Assembly (NCBI GenBank): GCA_028286605.1
Contig: JAQBRE010000002.1
Span: 60,219-124,218 of the forward strand
From: Parcubacteria group bacterium
Lineage (GTDB): Bacteria; Patescibacteriota; Minisyncoccia; Phycocordibacterales; Phycocordibacteraceae
DNA length: 64,000 nt
Direction of reading: 5' to 3'
Shown: positions 56,528 to 64,000 of the stretch, in pieces
Layout of the letters: each line of letters starts with the position of its first letter
Position numbering within the stretch: the first letter of the stretch is position 1
Translations under genes and position numbers: made by a program
Notes under the pieces: model-generated
Told to the model about the DNA's origin: nothing
Databases searched by the model: none
Seen by the model: only the letters and a program-made list of their open reading frames with translations

Positions 56528-57049
56528 CTAATTGATACCGCGTGCGCCGATGAGGAACTTCTTAGGGTTCTCGCACATGTCGGTGAACGCATGCGCTGCT
56601 TCTTTAAGTTTCTGCGAAGAAGACTTGCCGAACGAGACTACTTCAACCTGACAACCCATGTTCATATCGAGATATTCGATAAGCGGTACGAAGTCGCCGT
56701 CCCCTGTCGCGAGGATGATGGTATCGAGCTTCGGTGCGAGCTTTACTGCGTCGATAGCGAGGCCGACGTCCCAGTCTGCCTTCTTTGCACCGTCCGAGAA
56801 GACCTGAAGGCCTTTCACCTTAGTTTCAATGCCTATTTTGGTGAGCGCATCGAAGAAATTGCTCTCTTCCCCGCTTTCCGTACTGATAACGTAGGCGATA
56901 GCGCGTACGAGGATGCGATCCCCCACTGCTTCCGCAAGGACGTTCGCGAAGTTTACGCGAGACTTATAAAGGTGTTTCGCACTGTGATAGAGATTCTGCG
57001 TATCTATGAATACGCCCACGCGCTGTGCGGGATGTTTGATTACTGCCAT
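56528..57049 (-). CDS. NYN (LabA/DUF88) domain protein
   Basis: VFIDTQNL, KADWDVG, TGDGDF. Confidence 0.92.
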   Translation of the reverse strand: MAVIKHPAQRVGVFIDTQNLYHSAKHLYKSRVNFANVLAEAVGDRILVRAIAYVISTESGEESNFFDALTKIGIETKVKGLQVFSDGAKKADWDVGLAIDAVKLAPKLDTIILATGDGDFVPLIEYLDMNMGCQVEVVSFGKSSSQKLKEAAHAFTDMCENPKKFLIGARGIN

Positions 57050-57189
57050 AAAAATTCGTTAATGATGTGCGATGCGCGAGCGCAATGCACGGTTTCTTAT
57101 TAAAATCCGTAGCCGAGTCGCTACTGATTGATTCTAGCACTTGCTTACGTAATGAAATGGAAACGGCGGGGATTACCCCGCCGCCTTCC

Positions 57190-57456
57190 CTACTTCTTGA
57201 GACCGAGCTTCTTGATGATGCTGGTGTACTGACGCTTGTTGTTCTTCTCTAGGTAGCGAAGATGTGAGCGGCGGTCTGCAACCATCTGAAGAAGGCCGCG
57301 ACGACTATGAAAATCTTTCTGATTCTTCTTAAGGTGCGCTGTGAGTTCCTCGATTTTACGGGAAAGCAAAGCTACCTGCACGGATGCAGAGCCATTATCG
57401 GTCTCATGGATGGCCGCGTTCTTGATTACTGCGGTCTTTACTCGTTTCGTAAGCAT
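57190..57456 (-). CDS. rpsO: 30S ribosomal protein S15
   Basis: HETDNGS..VQVALL, KDFHSRRGLL. Confidence 0.96.
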   Translation of the reverse strand: MLTKRVKTAVIKNAAIHETDNGSASVQVALLSRKIEELTAHLKKNQKDFHSRRGLLQMVADRRSHLRYLEKNNKRQYTSIIKKLGLKK

Positions 57457-57620
57457 TGGCCTCATACTACCACGCCTTGATTATTTGCGCAAGGGTGGTG
57501 TGGTCCGAAACGCCTCCTCTGTCGGCGGCGCTCCGGGCCGCTCGGCCAAGTCTTACCACCTCCAGACGAGGCATTTCGGACACACTACGTCGTAAAATTA
57601 TCATAGGCTATACTAGATAT

Positions 57621-58544
57621 ATGACTATTGAGGAGTGGAAACGGCAGTTTTTGGAGTATACGGAGATCGAGCGTGGCCGGGCCGTGAAGACTATCGAGAA
57701 TTACGACCACTACCTAAGCCGTTTCTTCGACCAAATGGCTATAAAAGGCCCGAATGACATAACGGAGGAGAAAGTACGTGAATTCCGCCTCTGGCTCAAT
57801 CGTCAGCCCGGTGTTGCGGGCTCCATGAAACGTCGCACCCAGAACTATTACCTGATCGCCCTTCGTGCCTTCCTGAAATTCCTCCGAAAGCGTGGCCAGG
57901 AGAGCCTTTCTCCTGAGGTTATCGAGCTCGCCAAGGTCCCGGAACGTCATCTGGACCTAATATCCCCTGCCGAGCTGGACCGCCTTCTTGCAGCAACAGA
58001 TGGTGCCGACGTAAAATCGTTGCGAGATAAGGCTATTTTGGAGCTTCTCTTCTCCACGGGGCTTCGTGTCTCTGAACTCTGCTCCCTTGATGTCGATCTT
58101 GATCTCACCCGTGATGACTTCCCTATCCGCGGTAAAGGAGACAAAGTGCGCGTCGTATTCCTTTCAGACGAAGCAAAAGATGCGATCCGTAAGTATTTAA
58201 AGGCACGAAAGGATATGGATGAAGCCCTTTTCGTAAATATGCCTCCAATGGCAAGCAAAGATCCAGAGAAAGTCTCTAAGAAAACTCCTACCCGTCTTAC
58301 TCCCCGCTCGGTTGAACGAATGATCAAGATATATGCGGCAAAAGCCGGCATCACGAAGAAAGTAACGCCGCACGTTATGCGTCACTCGTTTGCCACTGAT
58401 TTGCTCAATAATGGAGCTGATATTCGCTCCGTACAACAACTACTTGGCCACGCCTCAATCGTCACCACCCAGATATACACGCACGTTACGGATGCGCATC
58501 TCCGTGAAGTCCACAAGAAATTCCACTCGAAACGCCGGAGCTAA
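57621..58544 (+). CDS. XerC/D-family tyrosine recombinase
   Basis: SAM-like N-domain, TGLRVSEL, GKGDK.R, HVMRHSFAT, LLGH, TQIY. Confidence 0.95.
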   Translation: MTIEEWKRQFLEYTEIERGRAVKTIENYDHYLSRFFDQMAIKGPNDITEEKVREFRLWLNRQPGVAGSMKRRTQNYYLIALRAFLKFLRKRGQESLSPEVIELAKVPERHLDLISPAELDRLLAATDGADVKSLRDKAILELLFSTGLRVSELCSLDVDLDLTRDDFPIRGKGDKVRVVFLSDEAKDAIRKYLKARKDMDEALFVNMPPMASKDPEKVSKKTPTRLTPRSVERMIKIYAAKAGITKKVTPHVMRHSFATDLLNNGADIRSVQQLLGHASIVTTQIYTHVTDAHLREVHKKFHSKRRS

Positions 58545-58548
58545 CATG

Positions 58549-58576
58549 TTCCGGCAACCCAGGACGTGGCTTGAAC
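58549..58576 (-). repeat. Cassette site B, degenerate copy 4
   Basis: Reverse complement GTTCAAGCCACGTCCTGGGTTGCCGGAA; 18/28 ungapped identity to B1. Confidence 0.5.
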
Positions 58577-58637
58577 CATAGTGAATGTAATAAAAACATC
58601 CGCTAGGAGTAGCGGATGTTTTTAAATATTGTTGACT

Positions 58638-58946
58638 CTAGTGGGCTGGAACGGTAACGGTGTCTGGGGCGTCTCCAGGCATCTTTCCCGCGATTGGACT
58701 TTCTGACCCTACTGGCATTGTGTCAAAGTTAGGGACGGCAGCATTGTCTGGTGGAGCGTGTTCAGATATTTTCATCTCAGCTCCACCGATAGCTCCCGCT
58801 GCGGTAGCTGCCAGGGCCGCTGCCCCGAGAAGAATTTTCCCATCTCGTTCAGCATTCTTTTCGTCCTTGGCCACTCTCTCACGATGCTTTTCCTGATCCG
58901 TTTGGACCTTCTTTTCTTTTCCTTTAAACCAGCCTTCCATTCCCAT
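58638..58946 (-). CDS. Cassette 4 cargo, small single-TM protein
   Basis: Charged N-terminus, Ala/Gly TM, Pro-rich tail; own terminator hairpin at 58592-58623. Confidence 0.65.
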   Translation of the reverse strand: MGMEGWFKGKEKKVQTDQEKHRERVAKDEKNAERDGKILLGAAALAATAAGAIGGAEMKISEHAPPDNAAVPNFDTMPVGSESPIAGKMPGDAPDTVTVPAH

Positions 58947-59023
58947 AGATATATACGTTAAGAATACAGAATAAGTATAACGTCAAGAATTTACTCGCAA
59001 TACGCGGGTGTGGAAATGATCAT

Positions 59024-59046
59024 TACTAGCAGACTAGGAACCGAAT
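59024..59046 (-). repeat. Cassette site A, degenerate copy 4
   Basis: Reverse complement ATTCGGTTCCTAGTCTGCTAGTA; 18/23 ungapped match to the A consensus. Confidence 0.6.
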
Positions 59047-59070
59047 TGGGTTTTGGCGTACAATGGCGGT

Positions 59071-59835
59071 ATGAAAATCGTGTCGTGGAATGTGAATGGA
59101 TTGCGCGCAGTACATCGCAACGGATATTGGCTCCCCTTTTTGAAAGGCGCAAAGCCCGATATATTCTGCTTCCAAGAAGTTAAAGCTGAGCCGGACCAGC
59201 TTCCAGAAGAAGTATTGAATGCAAGTGGATTTTCCGCGTTCTTCGCCCCTTCCAAATTGAAGAAGGGCTATAGCGGCGTTGCTATCTATTCTCGTATTGA
59301 GCCACTCTCGGTTATTTACGGTATGGGAATAAAGGAATTTGATGACGAAGGCAGGCTTGTGGGCGCAGAATACGATGATTTCTGGCTGTTAAATATCTAT
59401 TTCCCTAATGGCGGACGTGGGCCGGATCGTCTTGATTTCAAGCTCCGATACTACGAAGCGTTCTTGGCTTTTTGCGAAGGACTCCGTAAATCAAAGCCGG
59501 TTATATTCTGTGGCGATGTTAATACTGCACACTTCCCTGTTGATCTGGCACGACCTAAAGAGAATGCGAACACAACAGGCTTTCTTCCTATCGAACGCAA
59601 ATGGCTCGATGAGGTTGTAGAAGCTGGCTATGTTGATACGTTCCGTGAAAAGCATCCGCAGCAAAGTGAAGCGTACACATATTGGGATACGTTCACACAT
59701 GCGCGTGAACGAAATGTTGGCTGGCGTATCGATTACTTCTTCGTTGCGAAAGAATTCTTAAAGCACGTTAAGAAAGCGGAGATTCATAGTGATATTTTTG
59801 GCTCAGACCACTGCCCTATTTCAATAACCATCTAA
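59071..59835 (+). CDS. xth: Exodeoxyribonuclease III
   Basis: SWNVNGLRA, QEVK, GYSGV, YFPNG, GDVN, GWRIDY, SDHCP. Confidence 0.96.
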   Translation: MKIVSWNVNGLRAVHRNGYWLPFLKGAKPDIFCFQEVKAEPDQLPEEVLNASGFSAFFAPSKLKKGYSGVAIYSRIEPLSVIYGMGIKEFDDEGRLVGAEYDDFWLLNIYFPNGGRGPDRLDFKLRYYEAFLAFCEGLRKSKPVIFCGDVNTAHFPVDLARPKENANTTGFLPIERKWLDEVVEAGYVDTFREKHPQQSEAYTYWDTFTHARERNVGWRIDYFFVAKEFLKHVKKAEIHSDIFGSDHCPISITI

Positions 59836-59919
59836 CGCAGCATGAGTCGTATAAAGGACATATTGAGTTATCCACTCGCATGTCCTTTACGTTGTCCTTT
59901 ACGGGCGTATGATACGGGA

Positions 59920-60214
59920 AGAGCGAGGCGGCACAAATCCTGTGAAGGAACTGCCGAACTCGTGTCGGCTGTTCCTTTGGAGATCTTTGTGCCCTATCAG
60001 GCGCTAAACATGTACGGAAACTGACCGACTTAACCTCTAGGAGTTGTCCTAAAATATAAGTGAGTCTGGATCAGATGTTCCACGTGAAAGCGCAGAAGAA
60101 AAACAAAACAAAATAAAGGCCACCCTGAGACAATCAAATTTCTCTGGTGGAGACCACCAAAATTGCCCTGCCCCATATATCGGTCTCTGCCCCAAGATTG
60201 TAGGTGGCCTTTTT
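59920..60214 (+). ncRNA. Candidate long structured RNA (three stem domains)
   Basis: TTTACG-N16-TATGAT promoter; three long irregular hairpins; no credible ORF. Confidence 0.45.
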
Positions 60215-60256
60215 CGTACCTGTTCCATGTGAAACGTTCAATATTATAAGGTTTTC

Positions 60257-60300
60257 ATAGCAAAACGGCCTGAAATATATATTTCAGGCCGTTTTGCTAT
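60257..60300. terminator. Perfect 44-bp palindrome, probable bidirectional terminator
   Basis: ATAGCAAAACGGCCTGAAATAT|ATATTTCAGGCCGTTTTGCTAT. Confidence 0.7.
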
Positions 60301-60330
60301 GTTTCACGTGAAAGATTTGAGCTTAAATGG

Positions 60331-61794
60331 CTAGGAAACGTTGTGTTTTGCTAGTATTTTCTGTAATTCCTCCTCTTCCTTCTGCTCAAGCTTCTTTCGG
60401 CCTGAATCGCCCAGTTCCTTAAGCTTTTCATCTGAAAGGGAAATGAGCTCTTTAGTTCGGAAATCAAGGTATTCCTGGGTATTTAGAGCAGGATCTTCCA
60501 GAACGTCATCTAGCAGGGCGTTAAGCATCCAGCCTAGGCGTGGGCCTGGTTCCACATGAAACGCTTCCATAATATGGCTACCGTCTGTTTTTAGAAGTCC
60601 TACGGAGATAGGGTCACGAAGCGCCTCATCAACCATGGCCTTGTACTTACGGAACCTGAATGGCTGTTCCTTTGGGCGGCCGGTACCAATTCGGTCGCAG
60701 ATACGAAGATTGAGCAAATCCCAGATATTCTCTTCGCCAACGTTCCGGATCATACGGCGAACGGCTGAAAGGGTAATCTGGTCTGGATCGCTGAAAAACA
60801 TGTGCCAACGGACCAATTTACTCACTCTTTCAATAGTTTCACGTGAAAACTTCATATTTTCCAAGGCTTTGCGTGTTACACGCGAACCAACCACCTCATG
60901 GCCGTGGAAGGTCCAATCGTTCTTTTCATCAGACCAGCGACGGGTTTCTGGCTTGGAAACGTCGTGGAACACTGCGGCAAGGCGAATATCGAAGGGCCAG
61001 TCCTTATCAGCAGCATGCTGGAGTGCACGCATCAAATGGCCGAATACATCGTAGCTGTGTGCCTGATTCTGTTCTATACCGATTCCACGAGTCAGATCAG
61101 GGGCTATATATTCAAGGATTCCAAGCTGCTGAGCCAGTACGAGGGCCTGCATAGGCTGTTTAGACTCCAATATGCGTACGAACTCATCACGGATTCTTTC
61201 ACGTGAAACATGGCTCAAATTAGGGCCTTTCTCCAGTATTGCGGCTGCCGTATCAGCATCCAGGGCAAATTCTAGCTCTGCAACCAAGCGAACTGCGCGC
61301 ATAAGACGTAACGCATCTTCTTCGAAACGATCAGCAGCAATGCCGACCGTGCGCAGCACCTTCAGTTCGATGTCCTTTTGTCCTTTATAGGGGTCAATCA
61401 ATTGTCCTTTAGACTCATCATAGGCGATGGCGTTCACAGTGAAGTCTCGACGGGCAAGATCCTCCTCAAGATTATCTCCGAAGGTGACTTCATCAGGGCG
61501 GCGCTTATCGGTGTACGCGCTTTCGGTGCGATAGGGAGTTACCTCTATAAGCGCGAGGCGCTCGTCTTCAGAACCGGTCTTAACTCCAACAGTACCGAAA
61601 TCGTTCTCGTAGAAGGATTCAGGGAAGAGACGCTGTATATCTTCAGGCTTCGCATTCGTGGTGAGATCCCAGTCTTTAGGGGTTCGATCAAGCAGCAAAT
61701 CGCGTACGCAGCCGCCCACGAGATATGCCTCGAAACCGCCAGCCCGAAGGCCCTCGGCAACGGTTCGCACCTCGCTTGGAACTCGCATGGTCAT
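60331..61794 (-). CDS. cca: CCA tRNA nucleotidyltransferase with HD domain
   Basis: VGGCVRD, DWD, RRDFTVNA, EDALR, ERIRDE, FHD. Confidence 0.93.
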   Translation of the reverse strand: MTMRVPSEVRTVAEGLRAGGFEAYLVGGCVRDLLLDRTPKDWDLTTNAKPEDIQRLFPESFYENDFGTVGVKTGSEDERLALIEVTPYRTESAYTDKRRPDEVTFGDNLEEDLARRDFTVNAIAYDESKGQLIDPYKGQKDIELKVLRTVGIAADRFEEDALRLMRAVRLVAELEFALDADTAAAILEKGPNLSHVSRERIRDEFVRILESKQPMQALVLAQQLGILEYIAPDLTRGIGIEQNQAHSYDVFGHLMRALQHAADKDWPFDIRLAAVFHDVSKPETRRWSDEKNDWTFHGHEVVGSRVTRKALENMKFSRETIERVSKLVRWHMFFSDPDQITLSAVRRMIRNVGEENIWDLLNLRICDRIGTGRPKEQPFRFRKYKAMVDEALRDPISVGLLKTDGSHIMEAFHVEPGPRLGWMLNALLDDVLEDPALNTQEYLDFRTKELISLSDEKLKELGDSGRKKLEQKEEEELQKILAKHNVS

Positions 61795-61854
61795 TAGGAA
61801 AATACTAGTACGCGCCTCGCCATTCTCCTAGCTCTGGCGTACTATCAATCGCAG

Positions 61855-61929
61855 GCTCCTGTAGTGAAATGGATATCATAACTGACTTCGGATCAGTCGT
61901 TCCAGGTTCGAGTCCTGGCGGGAGCACCA
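61855..61929 (+). tRNA. tRNA-Arg(TCG)
   Basis: ACTGA-CTTCGGA-TCAGT, encoded CCA. Confidence 0.93.
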
Positions 61930-61977
61930 ACAGTTTTGAGGCGTGCCATGTGAAACATACGGTATAGTGGGGGAATC

Positions 61978-62979
61978 ATGAGCGCTGTTTTGCGAGCATT
62001 CGCCGGGCCGATCATCGTTGCGATCGTTGCTCTTGCCGGCGTATACCTCTGGGGTGGGGGACACGCATTCTATCTGGCAGGCCTGCTGGTATTGCTTGAG
62101 ATAACGCTGTCATTCGATAACGCGGTCGTGAATGCGCAGATTTTGGCGCATATGACGCCGAAGTGGCAGAAGCGCTTCCTGACGTGGGGTATCGCTATCG
62201 CTGTCATTGGTACTCGTTTCCTGTTGCCGATACTTATCGTGAGTGCTGGCGTGGGCGCCTCGCCGCTATTCATCGCGAAGGTCGCCGCATATGATCCTGC
62301 GGAGTACGGACGCTTGCTCGATGGTGCGCGTCACGCCATCTCGGCATTCGGCGGTATCTTCCTGCTTATGGTGTCCTTGAAGTACTTCTTTGATGACAAT
62401 AAGAAAGTGCACTGGATCCGCGTTATTGAACGCTTCGTTGCGGGGTGGGGAAAGATAGAGTCTATAGAAATCGCCATATGCCTCGTGGTGCTTGCTGGCT
62501 TAGCGCTCCTGCTGCCCGCACAAGCCTCGACAATCCTTCTTGCAGGAATAGTGGGCATCGTACTGTTTGTCGCCGTCCAGGGCATTGCTAGTGCCTTTAC
62601 GAAGGATGCTGAGGCAGCGGTGGGAACGGGAAGCGTCGCGCTTTTCATATACCTGAACGTTCTGGATGCTGCGTTCTCGCTAGATGGTGTCGTGGGCGCC
62701 TTCGCGCTTACGAATGAACTCGTGCTTATCGTCATTGGCTTGGGTATCGGTGCCTATTTCGTTCGTTCGTTGACGCTGTATCTGGTACGCCGGAGGACGC
62801 TCGAGGCTCTGATGTATCTTGAGCATGGAGCGCACTGGGCAATACTGGCATTGGCGATAGCGCTTATTACGAGCATCTTCGTTACGGTGCCGGATATCAT
62901 TACAGGTTCTGTTGGCTTGATATTCGTTGGGGCGGCATATTATTCATCGGTACAGTTAGCTCGAAAGGGAAGCGTGTAA
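61978..62979 (+). CDS. DUF475 (TerC-like) membrane protein
   Basis: LEITLSFDNAVVNA, FSLDGVVGAFA, YLEHGAHWAI. Confidence 0.92.
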   Translation: MSAVLRAFAGPIIVAIVALAGVYLWGGGHAFYLAGLLVLLEITLSFDNAVVNAQILAHMTPKWQKRFLTWGIAIAVIGTRFLLPILIVSAGVGASPLFIAKVAAYDPAEYGRLLDGARHAISAFGGIFLLMVSLKYFFDDNKKVHWIRVIERFVAGWGKIESIEIAICLVVLAGLALLLPAQASTILLAGIVGIVLFVAVQGIASAFTKDAEAAVGTGSVALFIYLNVLDAAFSLDGVVGAFALTNELVLIVIGLGIGAYFVRSLTLYLVRRRTLEALMYLEHGAHWAILALAIALITSIFVTVPDIITGSVGLIFVGAAYYSSVQLARKGSV

Positions 62980-63042
62980 GCAGAAGTGATGCAGGTATCG
63001 TTCTAGCGTCTTGCCCGCGGGGATGCTATTATCGGCCCTGAA

Positions 63043-63113
63043 GCGGATATGGTTTAGTGGTAAAACGCGTCCTTGCCAAGGACGAGTCGGGAGTTCGATT
63101 CTCCCTATCCGCA
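63043..63113 (+). tRNA. tRNA-Gly(GCC)
   Basis: GCGGATA/TATCCGC, CGTCC-TTGCCAA-GGACG. Confidence 0.95.
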
Positions 63114-63295
63114 CCGAAAGGGAATTGGGCGTGGAAACAGGAAGATATCAAAAGGACGGCCGAAAGGCCGTCCTTTTGATATGTGAAAAACAGGGGATAA
63201 GTCTGTGCATAGTGGGGATAAAGGACAGGGAATTCAGAAGTTCTTTAGAACTATTTTAAATAATCTTCAGTACCTAGGCTGTATTATTCAAGGTC

Positions 63296-63691
63296 GTGGA
63301 CTTTAGTATTTCTTCACGTAAAGACATCGGGAATCACGGCGAATCGGTCGCCGTGGAGTATTTAAGACGTCTTGGTTTTAGAATCCTTGGGAGAAACATC
63401 GCTTTCAAGACAGGGGAGTTGGATATCGTTGCGCAAAAGGGAAGCGTGGTGCACATAGTAGAAGTGAAGACGCTGCTATGCCAGGATTTTCCTGACGCAA
63501 GAAGATCTCAGGATCGATATGATCCGGCAGACAATCTGAGTATCCATAAACTGCGGAAGGTAACACGAACGGCAGAATGGTATCTGGCTCAGAAAGGTTG
63601 GGAAGGGGAGTGGCAGATAGACGGGGCATTAGTATGGTTACGCGCGCACGATGGAGTCGCTCGCGTACGGTATTTGCCGCAGGTGGGCTAA
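63296..63691 (+). CDS. YraN family endonuclease
   Basis: G..GE..A..YL, GELDIVA, VEVKT. Confidence 0.9.
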   Translation: MDFSISSRKDIGNHGESVAVEYLRRLGFRILGRNIAFKTGELDIVAQKGSVVHIVEVKTLLCQDFPDARRSQDRYDPADNLSIHKLRKVTRTAEWYLAQKGWEGEWQIDGALVWLRAHDGVARVRYLPQVG

Positions 63692-63749
63692 AATTTAAAA
63701 TCTGGTAGGATGCATCTACGCGGGCCTACGGCCCGCGAACAAGACACCT

Positions 63750-63820
63750 CGGGGTGTCGTATACCGGTAGTACGACTGGTTTGGGACCAGTTAGACGGGG
63801 TTCAATTCCCCGCACCCCGA
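63750..63820 (+). tRNA. tRNA-Pro(TGG)
   Basis: CGGGGTG/CACCCCG, ACTGG-TTTGGGA-CCAGT. Confidence 0.93.
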
Positions 63821-63876
63821 CAAAATTGAGACTTCTTCACATGTTTCGCAGTTCGATAGGGTAGTATCAACTACTT

Positions 63877-64000
63877 ATGAAAATCTATTCCTGGAACATA
63901 CTTTGTTACAACACGAAGTTCAAAGAGATGTGCGATTTCATCGAGCATCTGGATTTCGACGTACTGTGCCTGCAGGAAGTAACGCCCGAGCTGCTCGCGT
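63877..64000 (+). CDS. Endonuclease/exonuclease/phosphatase family protein (5' part, runs off the window)
   Basis: MKIYSWNIL...DVLCLQEV. Confidence 0.8.
   Translation, partial: MKIYSWNILCYNTKFKEMCDFIEHLDFDVLCLQEVTPELLA

Larger units (their letters stand above)
60076..61957. other. parS cluster (7 ParB-type sites)
   Basis: Matches to TGTTTCACGTGAAACA at 60076, 60221, 60300, 60548, 60835, 61195, 61942. Confidence 0.85.

Noticed and set aside
60002-60014. CTAAACATGTA resembles a tmRNA segment
   Set aside because: No tRNA-like GGGG.../TTCGA...CCACCA ends or credible tag frame nearby
59842-60024. 60-aa ORF after xth
   Set aside because: No protein-like features; overlaps the motif cluster, promoter and RNA stems

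Overview
Origin-proximal chromosomal region of a Patescibacteria (CPR) bacterium, most likely Parcubacteria/Paceibacteria, using genetic code 11 (TGA is a stop). It contains dnaA-dnaN with oriC, rpmH-rnpA-yidC, dispersed ruvA/B/C, polA, pcrA, type IV pilus genes (pilM/N/O, pilB), comM, the Patescibacteria T4SS-like locus (VirB4, PrgI, VirB6-like, pilin), 11 tRNA genes, and the right end of a serine-recombinase island at tRNA-His. Main unexplained signal: four dispersed single-ORFan cassettes (0.4-0.9 kb). Each is bracketed by the same ordered pair of related sites: a 23-bp tRNA-3'-end-like site A (GTTCGATCCCTAGWCWSCCAGCA) and a 28-bp site B (GTTCCAACAYYGTCCCAGACWGCYAGCA). One cassette abuts the Xer-family tyrosine recombinase gene, suggesting an undescribed site-specific gene-cassette system. 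Other leads: an orphan MazF/PemK gene with a convergent antisense sRNA, a parS cluster interleaved with a second 9-bp motif and a long structured RNA candidate, a 161-nt rod-like RNA candidate, a LysM-M23 gene needing a non-canonical start, and a YqgF-tRNA-binding fusion. All calls come from reading the sequence by eye; no searches were run.
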